A DNA stretch of 63,989 bases, filler included, from Octopus bimaculoides (GCF_001194135.2; 7 parts of 6 records of this genome joined end to end with filler, not necessarily neighbours in it); one strand, 5' to 3'; counted from the whole stretch's first letter, positions 38,078 through 49,345 are shown. Numbers and translations: made by a program. Notes: generated by a model not told the origin, from the sequence alone.

Positions 38078-38796
38078 TTTGAATTTCTTTCAGTCTCTTC
38101 TCTATCTCCAAACTTCTGACAAGACATTTCCCATTCACCCAACGTATGTGGTTCGAATCAAATTTTAGTACATCTAACTATAACCGTGTTCAGTGCTGCT
38201 TTCTTTTATTTGTCAACTCACTCACTTCCCTCCTCTTCGCTTTCTCTCTCTTTCTCTTTTTCACACCCCTTTTCTTTTTATCTCTCTCTCTCCCTTGCTC
38301 TCTATTTATTTCCCTCTCAACACACTCAGGAAAAGCCATGTCCACCATCCAACTTCAAATATTTGATTCGTGTAATATAACACAACAAAGTGTTCCTCTG
38401 GTGACCTGTTGTTTGTTCAGCATCTAATTACATTTGAAACCTCCAATGCAGAGATCGCTAACAACCACAAGAGTGAAACGTATGTAGGGAACAAAGGAGA
38501 ATATTGTAGTTCGCTGGAAGCATTGTATGGTGTTTGTGAAATATGTGTCTTGAATGGCACAACAATGCAGGGTGGGCTATAATAACAGCTTTAATTTAAT
38601 TATTCATAATCACTGCTATAATCGGTTTATAGCAGTGACTCCATCAATTCCTAGCGATACCTGAAGAAGGAATTTTTATATTCCAAAATATTATTATATC
38701 AGATTATGAATAATTTAATTATAGCAGTTATTATAGTCCACTCTGCATTGTTGTGCCATTCAAGACACGTTTGTCTATCATAATGTGTGTGTATGT

Positions 38797-38828
<32 letters not shown>

Positions 38829-39029
38829 TCTATTTGAAGACGTTCAAGATCAAGGCGTATCAAACGTGAAGTACACCACACAAAATGGCTACAAACTAAG
38901 TCACAAGTCAACAGATAAGCAAACCATTCCATTAGCAAAGCAGTCATCAATGAAAGAAAATTCGTTGGCATTTGGTATTCTACATATCCAAGAGTATCCA
39001 AAATTGAGTGGAACTTTCAGCATGGCATA

Positions 39030-39061
<32 letters not shown>

Positions 39062-39271
39062 TAAAGCCAAATGGATCGTATGATGTCGGTATATTGTTTC
39101 ACTTGGATATTTTATTGTGATGTAACATCATACATTTAGTTATTTAAGATGTGCAGCATCTGAGATTATGCAGGTCATTATTGGAATGTTGTTAAGGTGG
39201 CAAGCGGACAGGATCATTGGCACACCAAGCAAAACACTGAGTGGTATTTTGTTAGTCTTTACATTCATATG

Positions 39272-39320
39272 CCCACGTGCATATGGCATAGTGGTTAAGA
39301 ATGCGGGCTACTAACCCCAA
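39272..39320 (+). mobile_element. tRNA-like head fragment of the hammerhead-carrying SINE family (see 48761)
   Basis: TGGCATAGTGGTTAAGAATGCGGGCTACTAACCCCAAGATT is nearly identical to 48805-48845. Confidence 0.75.
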
Positions 39321-39499
39321 GATTCAGAGTTAGTTTAACATTGAATATTAACCAGCATGAGGTTGCCTGATGATTTGGGAGATTAACTCTATTGTAATGC
39401 ATTACATAATCTTATAGATGTTGCGTGCCTCATATAACTGAATGTACGATGTTACATCACAGAATCTCTTAATGAAACACTGTAGCAAGGCCATACAAT

Positions 39500-39770
39500 C
39501 CATAAGTGAGTGAGTTAGTGTGTGAGTGAGTGATTGTGTAAGTAAATCCATAAGTGAGTGAGTGCGTGAATGTGTGAGTGAATGAGTGTGTGAGTGGGTG
39601 TGTGAGTGAGTGAGTCTATGAATGAGTGAGTCCATAAGTGAGTGAGTGTGTGAGTCCATAAGTGAGTGAGTGAGTGAGTGCATGAGTGAATGTGTCTGCG
39701 TGAGTGCATGCATGAATGAGTGCATGTGTGAGTGATTGTGTGAGTGCATGAACGTGTGCATGTATGCACG
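39500..39770. repeat. Degenerate (GAGT/GAGTG)n array
   Basis: Read directly. Confidence 0.85.
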
Positions 39771-40543
39771 TAAAGAAACATTGAATTACAGTATCACAGT
39801 ATTGACCAGACCATCAGAATGCTGTCATACACCACTGATCACAATGCACTTTCAATTTTGTCTGGATTATGCCATTCTTTACTGTCTTAACCCAAATTGC
39901 TTAACCAAATCGACTTCCCACCAGCATGGAGACCTTTCAAGTGGCCATTTTTTTATCTCTTGGAAGCTTAATCCACAACCAGCCCAAAGAAACATTAAAT
40001 GCAGATCACCAATTACGACAAATTAAAAAAGGGTAACAAATTCAATATTGTAGTTTATTTAGTTTCAACAGAAGAAAATAAAATAAAAGATAAAGGTTTA
40101 GAAGAATTAATGTTCATCTGCTATCCAGGAGCAATATGTCTGAAGACGCATTCATTTCTAGTTCCACCTGGGATGTTGGTAAAAATCATACGTGTACGCT
40201 GAATTGAAATAAAGGAGTGAGAAAACATAAGAATGTGGAATACAATTGATTTAAGAGACAGTTGTAGGACACTAAAGGATCACGATCAGTCTGTATATGT
40301 ACAAGGGGTGGACGTGTGCTGTCTGGGACAGGGGCCGATAAGAGAGGAAAGGCTATGGAAGACATTGGGAAAAATGAATGAGTTTTCCCAACAACAAACT
40401 CACTAAAGCATCATGATGAAGGGCCAAGGATGGGAAAATTGACAATGTGCTATACAGACAACCCATGCTATCATGAACAGCGTGGAGGAGGACAAAGAGG
40501 GGATAACGGTGGTAACATATCTACCTTGACATTGTTTAACAAC

Positions 40544-40761
40544 AAGGTGGTGAGCTGGCAGAATCGTTAGCACACCGGGCGGAACACTTAGAGGTATTTT
40601 GTCTGTCGCTACATTCTGGGTTTAAATTCTGCTGAGGTCGACTTTGCCTTTCATCCTTTCAGGGTCAATAAATTAAGTACCAGTTGTGTACTGGGGTCAA
40701 TCTAATCGACCAGTCCCCTCCCCAAAAATTTCAGGCCTTGTATCTATAATAGAAAGGATTA
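40544..40761 (+). mobile_element. Full-length tRNA SINE (TTCATCCTTTC core family)
   Basis: Head AAGGTGGTGAGCTGGCAGAATCGTTAGC and a 9-bp TSD TTTAACAAC (40535-40543 and 40762-40770). Confidence 0.88.
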
Positions 40762-41049
40762 TTTAACAACCATGTTCCACCTGGAATGAGTTGGACAGTT
40801 TAATAAGGATCTGATGAGTGCAAGGATGTTATCAGGCTCCAATGTCTGTTTGGCAAGGATTTGGGGGATGGATGGAAATCCTGTGCACATGTATACAAGT
40901 GGCACCTGACCCCCTTGAAAGTCCATTAGTTTTGCAGAGCGTCCCACTCTGCTGCCTAGTGCTGTCTGATGGCTACTGAGATCACTGAAGAAGTGTTCCA
41001 CGTGGTAAATGGTAGTACTGAGGCGCCCTCTGGTCTATTGTGTCCCCTT

Positions 41050-41580
41050 CTATGATAAACACACATTTTGTTGTATGTCCGGATACTTTTGATCACCTAG
41101 GTCACATGCACGCAAAGGTATGCACACAGAGATACATGCAAATGTTCCATGCACACATGCACATTCATGGAGATGCATGCATGGAGAGAGAAATGAGCAT
41201 ACATGCAAATACACTTACACACACAATTACATACATGAGCACATGCACACACAAGCCTATAGACAAGTGCATATATGTACACACACAACTGCACATATGC
41301 ACACATAACATATGCACACGTACATACATAACATGCATAAGTGCATACATAACATGCACACATAGCTGCATATGTATGCACAACTGCATTTATGCACATG
41401 CATACAACTGCATTCATGCACACACAACCCCATTTATGTACACACACACACAAAACCATATACAATTGCATGTATACACACACAAGCTATACACAGCTAC
41501 ATGCACATGTGCACACATGCAGGCACACACACATTCACACACCTTCACGCATGCACATACACATACACACAAAACATGTT
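41050..41580. repeat. Degenerate CA/CATG/CATA low-complexity array
   Basis: Read directly; explains the H/T/M-rich ORFs. Confidence 0.9.
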
Positions 41581-42286
41581 TTAAAAACAGACAAATCTAA
41601 GATTTCTTTCTAATTAAATCTAACAAAGAAATAAATGTAAAACAAGAAAACAGATTTTTTAAAAAAAACTCAATATAACAAAAAAAACAACTCATTTAAA
41701 TAATAAGCTCTTTGATCTCAGGTCTGCTCAGTTTAGGTTCGCCTGGGGTTAAACATCACCATCAACAACAACAACCACAATAACAAAACAAAAAAAAAAG
41801 ATATCTCATCATCTTTCTTGTTGTGCAGCCAAAACTTGTCTGGCGTGTATGTTTGTAAACAATTATTAAGTGTCGTAATTACCTGTAACTATTTCAAAGT
41901 GAGTTCGTTTGGTATGAAATGATTCAGCTTATTAATTATCCAATCACTACTGGAAACTCCTTTGGTAAAATCTCGGATGAATCTAGAAAATGGTAAATCA
42001 CAAACTGAATTCATTTCATCATTTCTTATAATTAAGAAATATATGCACAAGTGTACACACACACACACACTTAGAGTTGAAATAAAAACTAAAATCTTTC
42101 TCCTGTCTACTCTCTCATCATTACTATTCTGCTACTCTTCATTTCCTCTCACCACCATCATCCTCACTGGTCACCCCCACCCCTTATCACATTCACTACA
42201 ACCACCCATATACCCTACCCAACCTTTACAGTTGTCACCTACTCTTCCCTATCTTGCCCATTTGTCATCCACTTCACACACACACA

Positions 42287-42687
42287 TGGCTGTATGGTAA
42301 GACATTTGCTACCCAACCACATGGATCCAGGTTCAGTCCCAATGTGTGGTACCTGGGGCAAGTGTCTTCTACTATAACCTTGGGCTAACCAAAGCCTTGT
42401 GAGTGGATTTGGTGGACGGAAACTGAAAGAAGCTTGTCATGCATGCATGCACATGTGTGTGTGTGTGTGTGTGTGTGTGCGTGCGTGCACTTTTGTGTCT
42501 GTTTGTCCCCCACCACCATTTGACAATCGATATTGGTGTGTGTGCCTCACTATAACTTAACAGTTCAGTAAAAGAGCCCAATAAAATAAGTAGTAGTGTT
42601 GATCCATTCAATAATAAAAGAAAAATTCAAGGTGGTGTTCCAGTATGGCCACAGTCTAATGACTGAAACAAGTAAAAGATAAAAGAC
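42287..42687 (+). mobile_element. CORE-like tRNA SINE (older full-length copy)
   Basis: Colinear with 54861-55273, including the internal (TG)n and the AGTAAAAG tail. Confidence 0.85.
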
Positions 42688-43690
42688 AAACACACATACA
42701 TATCATCCTCATTTAACATCCAGTCTCCATGCTATTGTTATGGCTTGACAGGAACTGGCAAAGCCAGGGGCCACACCAAACTCTATCCAGTCTCTACAGT
42801 TGTCACCTACTCTTCCCTACCTTCCCTATATATCATCCACTTCACACTTGCTCTTGCATTTGTCCGCTTCCCTTACTCATTCCCCACTCTCCCATATACT
42901 CTTGCAACCTCTACCCACCCACATACCTCATTCATCAGTTGCGACCTCTACCCACCCCTCATCCCAGCAATTTTTTTTATCTCTTCCCCACTCTATTCCA
43001 ATCACCTCCTACACTCCTCTTTGAAATTGTGACTAGTTACGTAACTTCTCTACGGCAAGAAACCAGTTCTGCTCTGAACCAATCTTTCATATTTTAACTC
43101 CCTCCACATCTCCTGGCATAAAGCTGCCCACCTGCCTTGGGGTTCATAGTCTTGCATGCTGCTGCATGGTGACCTCACTGGTGCTGGTGCCAAATGGAAA
43201 GCACCTAGTAGACGCTGTAAAGTTGTTAGCATTAGGAAGGGCATCCAGCCATAGAAACCATGCCAACGGAAACGCTGGGGTATGATTCAGTCCTCGTACC
43301 TGTCAGATAGTCAAACCATCCAATGCATAGCTGCATAGAAAGCAGGCATTGGTTTCAAATTGTGGCACAAGACTAGCAATTTCAAAGGAGGGGATAAGTC
43401 AATTACATTGACCCCAGTGTGTAACTGGTACTTATTTTATCAACCCTGAAAGGATGAAAGGCAAAGTCAACCCTGGCAGAATTTGAATTCAGAATGTAAA
43501 GATGGACAAAATGTCAATAGAAAGCAGACATTAAAGGATGAGGATTGCTGTGTGATTAAGGCATTCATTTTTCAACCGTGTGACTGCAGGTTCAATCCCA
43601 AAGGAGGACTCCTTAGGCAAGTGTTTTCTTCAGTGGGACAAGGATTAGGTTGACAGGGATCAGGGGTCAGAGAAGACAACACTAACTTAC

Positions 43691-43823
43691 CGATAATTGC
43701 AGACATAAAGAAGTTCGGTGTTTGCCCGGACAAATTCATAATATTCTCGGGGATCTTTCTGTTTGGCGTCGTAGAATCCATGGAATCCTTGGAAGACAAC
43801 AGTGATCTCGACAAATCGTTGAT
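43691..43823 (-). CDS. Internal coding exon (133 nt, phase 1 to 2) of an unidentified protein: (D)QRFVEITVVFQGFHGFYDAKQKDPREYYEFVRANTELLYVCNY(R)
   Basis: Long polypyrimidine tract plus CCGCCAG acceptor (AG at 43825-43824), CG|GTAAGT donor, open frame with protein-like codon pattern, and a unique non-repeat sequence. A second, S-rich frame is also open. Family not recognised. Confidence 0.62.
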
Positions 43824-43886
43824 CTGGCGGGAAGAAGGTGAGGAAAGAAAGTTAGAGAAACAGACGAAGAGAGAGAGTCAGAGAAA

Positions 43887-43942
<56 letters not shown>

Positions 43943-44011
43943 NNNNNNNNNNNNNNNNNNNNNNNNNNNNNNNNNNNNNNNNNNNNNNNNNNNNNNNNNN
44001 NNNNNNNNNNN

Positions 44012-44055
<44 letters not shown>

Positions 44056-44065
44056 CATACATATA

Positions 44066-44298
44066 TAGGGTTGGCCAAAAGTCACCTGACAGTAAATCAA
44101 AATTCCATAAATACTATTTGTAATTCTGTATTGACACGAATGGAAAAATGTGTTGCTCCAGAAGGACTTCAGTTTGAACAATTTTCATGATGTTTCATAA
44201 TTAGACACTTTTATAAAATTCATTCAGTTGTTAAACATAAATAAATCTTGGAATTGAATGGTTTTGGTTTACTGTCAGGTGGGTTTTGGCCAACCCTG
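44066..44298. mobile_element. Tc1/mariner-type MITE (233 bp)
   Basis: TIRs of about 38 bp: (T/C)AGGGTTGGCCAAAAGTCACCTGACAGTAAA and TTTACTGTCAGGTGGGTTTTGGCCAACCCTG. Flanked by TA (left) and TG (right). Confidence 0.88.
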
Positions 44299-45540
44299 TG
44301 TTTGTGCATCATCATCATTCAAATCCGTTTTCCATGCGGGCATGGGTTGGACAGTTTGACAAGAGCTGGCAAGGTCAGGAGCCACAGCACCAGGTTCCAT
44401 TGTCTGTTTCAGAATGGTTTCTACAGGTGGGTGCCCCTTCCTAATGCCAATCATTTTACAGAGTGTACTGGTGTACTAGTGTGTGTGTGTGTGTGTGTGT
44501 GAACACACCTGGATCTTCAGATGTTGGGCCTCACACAGGGGACAACAAGGGGTCAGGACTGTTAAACCATCCAATCCATGCCNNNNNNNNNNNNNNNNNN
44601 NNNNNNNNNNNNNNNNNNNNNNNNNNNNNNNNNNNNNNNNNNNNNNNNNNNNNNNNNNNNNNNNNNNNNNNNNNNNNNNNNNNNNNNNNNNNNNNNNNNN
44701 NNNNNNNNNNNNNNNNNNNNNNNNNNNNNNNNNNNNNNNNNNNNNNNNNNNNNNNNNNNNNNNNNNNNNTGCCAACATGGAAAACAGGTGCTAAATGATG
44801 ATGATTATACACACACACACACACACACACACCAAAATCATCAAAAATCTATTGATAGCTAATGTAAACAGATTCATAAACTACCAAAATCCAGTAATAT
44901 TAGAGAAATTTTATAGACATGCACACAAACACACATTCACAGAATCCTTTAATATTCCTGACCAGTAACCTTCCAATTCTAGTACCAATGATTAATGGAC
45001 CGCCAGGAAATGACTAGAATTTCAAAAGCAAAATTCCTTACACTTCTTGGAACAATGGCTCTAAGAGTGGCATAAAATGAAGCATGAAATGACGAAGCTA
45101 GTTAGCAATTAAGAATCTTTACTATGAAGATGAAAGACTGCATCATCATCATCACCACCACCACCACCCCACCCTGTATGAGTGTAATGAGTGTCATCTA
45201 GTCATCATTATTCCACAAGATAAATGGTGCCAAAGAAAGCAAATGAATTCTTTAAAAATGTAAAAGAAACCACAAAATGTCTGAAGCCAGAATGGTAATT
45301 CAATTTCTGGGTTTTCTAGATTATTAACCACATCTATAGATATACCTATCTAACGATTGATCTATTGATCTACCCAATCACATAGTTCTGGGTTCAGTCC
45401 CTTTGTGTGACACCATGGTCTTCTACTACAGCCCAAAGACAATTAAAGCCATGTGAGTGGATTTGGTAGACAGAAACTGAAAGAAGCCCGTCAATAATGT
45501 ATGTATGTATATCATCATCATTTAATGTCTGTTTTCCATG

Positions 45541-45643
45541 CTGGAATGGGTTGGACAGTTTGACCAGAGCTGGAATGGGTTGGACAGTTTGACCAGAGCT
45601 GGAATGGGTTGGACAGTTTGACCAGAGCTGGAATGGGTTGGAC
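45541..45643. repeat. 29-bp minisatellite derived from the RTE-tail element
   Basis: CTGGAATGGGTTGGACAGTTTGACCAGAG at 45541, 45570 and 45599, plus a partial copy at 45628 running into a gap. Confidence 0.95.
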
Positions 45644-46441
45644 NNNNNNNNNNNNNNNNNNNNNNNNNNNNNNNNNNNNNNNNNNNNNNNNNNNNNNNNN
45701 NNNNNNNNNNNNNNNNNNNNNNNNNNNNNNNNNNNNNNNNNNNNNNNNNNNNNNNNNNNNNNNNNNNNNNNNNNNNNNNNNNNNNNNNNNNNNNNNNNNN
45801 NNNNNNNNNNNNNNNNNNNNNNNNNNNNNNNNNNNGTGTGTGTGTGTGTGTGTGTGTGTGTCCTAACATCACTTGACAAGTGTTGGTGTGTTTACATCCC
45901 CTAACTTAGTTTGGTAAAAGAGACCAGTAGAATAAGTAAAAGGCTTAAAAAAAAACGAAAAAGTATGGGGGAGGGTGATTCATTCAACTAAAATTCTTTA
46001 AGGGACTGCCCCAGCATGACCACAATCTACTGCCAAAAACAAGTAAAAAGTTTAAACACAAGTATAATATAAATACACCTACACAGAGACAGACCGACAG
46101 ATATGTAACTGTAAATGTGTAGATGAAAGGTGAAGTCAACGTTGGTAGAATTTGAACTCAGAATGTAAAGACAAGAAATGTCCTGAAACATTTTGTCCAG
46201 CATGTTAATGATTCTGCCAGCTTGCCGTTTTATTAAAGTGACTCAGATTCATAAACAATACAATGAGAAGATATTTCTCTGCTCGTTATCATAAAATTAT
46301 CTCCAAGTTTTACGGATTTGTTTCAATAATTGCAAATTTAATTGCATTTCATTTCATTGTTGTGCTTTTTTTATTATTTTTGAAACTAAAACGAGACGCT
46401 GTAATTACACAACAAAATCTCAGGCTTGAACTTTTTCTCAC

Positions 46442-46489
46442 CCACGTTATCTCGACACAACATTGGGTTGTCCTTCAGGCAAAGTAAAT
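46442..46489 (-). CDS. Candidate 48-nt phase 1-1 exon (LLCLKDNPMLCRDNV), possibly upstream of the 43691 exon
   Basis: TTGTTTTCCATCTTGATAG acceptor, G|GTGAGA donor, and a phase compatible with the 43823 exon. Splice-signal evidence only. Confidence 0.3.
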
Positions 46490-47425
46490 CTATCAAGATG
46501 GAAAACAAACTAGCAATACAATTATGTCATTAAACAGTTTAACTTCTTTGTTTTAAATTCTGGAAAACTTTTAAATCATTTTATCTTTAATAGTAGACAA
46601 ACACATATAGATGCACACACAGGTACACATACACACACACAGACCCACACACAAAGATTGGACTACTGACCACATGGTCATTGGTTCAAATCACTGAGGT
46701 AGCATTGGGTTAAAACCTATAACTGTATCCACCTCAGTTTACTTGACTGACAAAGAGGTTTCACTCCTGCATCTGCTTAAACGATGATGACAATCAGCTT
46801 CTTTCAGTTTCCATGGATCAAATCCACTCACAATGCTTTGCTAGACCTGGGACTATAGCAAAAAAACACTTACCAAAGTGCCATGCAGTGGGGCTGAACT
46901 CAAAACCACATGGCTGGGAAACAAATTTAACCATCATCATCATTTGTCTTCCATGCTGGTATGGGCAGGATGGGCTGAAAGGAGCCAAGAGCTAAAAGAC
47001 CCCCATCAAGTTCCAATGTCAGTCTGTTCCTTGTTTCTTCTATGGTTTAATGCTCTCTCTAACATCAAGCACTTTACAGTATACACCAGAAGCTTCTTTT
47101 TCATGACACCAACACAAGTGAGCTGACCAAGTACCTGGCAGGTCAAAGAAAAAGACCCCCTCAACTGATTGGAGTTGTAGTAGAGAGAATGGGGATGGTT
47201 TTTATGCCAGGCATTGAGAGGCTAAAGTATGAGAGAGAGAGAGGTAAGCAGAAGTGTCATGCTATAAGGGAGGTACATGACTACCCCACATCATATAATG
47301 ATGATGATATATATATNNNNNNNNNNNNNNNNNNNNNNNNNNNNNNNNNNNNNNNNNNNNNNNNNNNNNNNNNNNNNNNNNNNNNNNNNNNNNATAATAA
47401 TGTATATTATTATATATATATTCAT

Positions 47426-47616
47426 GGGAGAATATACAAATAATAACAACAGACGAGGACAGGTGGTGTAAATAACAAAAGTATATATTAGTATGACGCT
47501 CGGGAATACGGAAAGTCTTTGACGTTTCGAGCTACGCTCTTCAACAGAAAGAATACGGAGACAAGGAGAAAAACACGGAGAAAAAAAATTGAATAGTGTT
47601 CAGTCAACGGTCAATC
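47426..47616 (-). mobile_element. Small hammerhead-bearing (Penelope-like/retrozyme-like) element, copy 1
   Basis: About 140 bp match the reverse complement of 57498-57638 with one mismatch. Flanked by a direct repeat of at least 32 bp. Confidence 0.8.
47516..47552 (-). ncRNA. Minimal type-I hammerhead-like motif (core CUGUUGA)
   Basis: Minus strand reads UCUUU-CUGUUGA-A-GAGC(GUA)GCUC-GAAA-CG-UC-AAAGA. Confidence 0.65.
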
Positions 47617-47793
47617 ATAATAATGTATATTATTATATATATATTCATACACAAAACACACATATACACACACAAGCACACATACACACAGATACAGAAA
47701 CATGCACACACACATATACACACAAACACACACACACAAATACACACACACACAAACATACACATACATATGTATATTATATATACACACAAT

Positions 47794-47942
47794 GAGCTTC
47801 TTTCAATTTCTGTCTACCAAATCCACTCCCAAGGTTTTGGTCGGCCCGAGGCTATAGTATAAGTCACTCGCCCAAGGTGCCATGCAGTGGGACTGAACCC
47901 GGAACCATGTGGTTTGGAAGCAAGCTTCTTACCAAACATACA
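47794..47942 (-). mobile_element. CORE-like tRNA SINE 5' half
   Basis: Reverse complement of the 54861 head and core. Similar fragments lie at about 45370-45495, 46790-46930 and 49650-49720. Confidence 0.85.
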
Positions 47943-48760
47943 GAGAAACTGACTAAATATACAACAACCAAACCAAAGACAAAAAAATATATTGATAAAT
48001 TAGATGTGACAGTAATTTCCAAGCAGAGATTTCCCTTTCCTTGCTTGTATATTAATTAGCAAAATATGAAGTGTGACACACCTCACTTCACACTCCATAA
48101 AATTAAACCCAAGGGACGTTCTGGCCCCTATTTACTCACACATCACTTAGTAAATACGGTAGACCCACTCATCCATGAGACGGAGGTTATTCTCCTTATT
48201 TCTCGAATTTCCCATCACTTATCATTACTCTAAATATTATTTCCACTTGGACTTAAAAGATTGCATTACTAAATATTCAGTTCTCTCCCGTTTGACTATG
48301 TCTTTATTTATTTCATGCGGGATTTATTTTTAAACCAAAGCCTCTAATTTTGTACGAAACATTGCACAAAGTGATTTACAAAATGAATCCAGAGAAACAA
48401 TTTGTGCAACAATGTGGAGATTATGTAGAGTTTCATGAGATCAGATGTTTCTGCAGACATTATCATCAGCATCATTATTATTATTATTATTATTGATCAT
48501 CATTTACCTGATGATATTGTAGACTAAAGATTGATTTAACTGTGGAATTAAAGAATTTCAAAATAAAGAAATGGATGGAACTTCAATGTATGACATCCGT
48601 CAGAATAATTCCCTGGAATAATAACAATAATAACCGTTTCTGCTATAGGCTCAAAGCCTGAAATTTGGTGGGGAGGAAACAAAGGGAACTCATGTGAATT
48701 TTCTGAAACTCCTTTCCCCGTCTTTGGAAAAAATTTTTCTCAAAAACAAATTCTGATATA

Positions 48761-49055
48761 GTTCTATATTTAAGAGATGAGGAATTATGTACATTATTTA
48801 CATTTGGCATAGTGGTTAAGAGCACGGGCTACTAACCCCAAGATTACAAGTTCAATTCCAGGCAGTTACCTGAATGATGATAATAATAATAATATTGATA
48901 ATAATAACAACAACATTGAAAAATACCTTAGGAATGAGAACCCAGGTTTGAAATTTCCCCAAAACACCTGATGAAGGCTGGAGAGTATATCAGCCGAAAT
49001 GTTGTGTTAACAACAAACAAGATGAGGACAAATATCTGTCAAATGTAAATAATGT
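48761..49055 (+). mobile_element. Complete 295-bp element: inverted tail copy, tRNA-like Pol III head, (TAA)n, hammerhead, tail
   Basis: 13-bp TSD AAATTCTGATATA (48748-48760 and 49056-49068). A box TGGCATAGTGG and B box GTTCAATTCC. 17-bp perfect inverted repeat at 48790-48806 / 49040-49056. Confidence 0.85.
48963..49008 (+). ncRNA. Minimal type-I hammerhead ribozyme motif
   Basis: AACAC-CUGAUGA-A-GGCUG(10 nt)CAGCC-GAAA-UG-UU-GUGUU, with 5-bp stems I and II and canonical core boxes. Confidence 0.8.
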
Positions 49056-49068
49056 AAATTCTGATATA

Positions 49069-49345
49069 ATCTACACCGTCTGAAGCATATTTGTAAAAAG
49101 ATTCAATTAAAAAAAATACCTATTTTTTGGAAAGTTATGAGGAAACAAAGAGAACTCGTATGAATTTCCTGCAACCCCTCTCCCCACCCCTGGAAAACTA
49201 TTTTCACCACAACAAATTCCAATATAATCATAATCTACACCATCTGAAGCATATTCATAGAAAATTTCATTAAAAAAATATCCACTTTTCTGAAAGTCAT
49301 GAGGAAACAAAGTTGGGGGGGGGGATGAGGCACTCTTGTGCAAGT
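49069..49345 (+). mobile_element. Non-autonomous repeat with internal subrepeats (…ATCTACACCATCTGAAG…AAAATTTCATTAAAAAAT…GAAAGTTATGAGGAAACAAAG), possibly Helitron/HINE-like
   Basis: Two tandem subunits here, continuing 5' of the 48761 insertion (about 48660-48760). Homologous segments lie at about 60360-60620 (minus) and 60785-60890 (plus). Class assignment is inference. Confidence 0.5.

Noticed and set aside
38785-39030. 81-aa ORF with a protein-like second half (DLFEDVQDQG…GTFSMA)
   Set aside because: Preceded by a purine microsatellite rather than an acceptor tract, and no recognised homology. Left uncalled.
45541-45643. 29-bp direct repeats as a CRISPR array
   Set aside because: Head-to-tail with no spacers, derived from a retroelement tail, in eukaryotic DNA.
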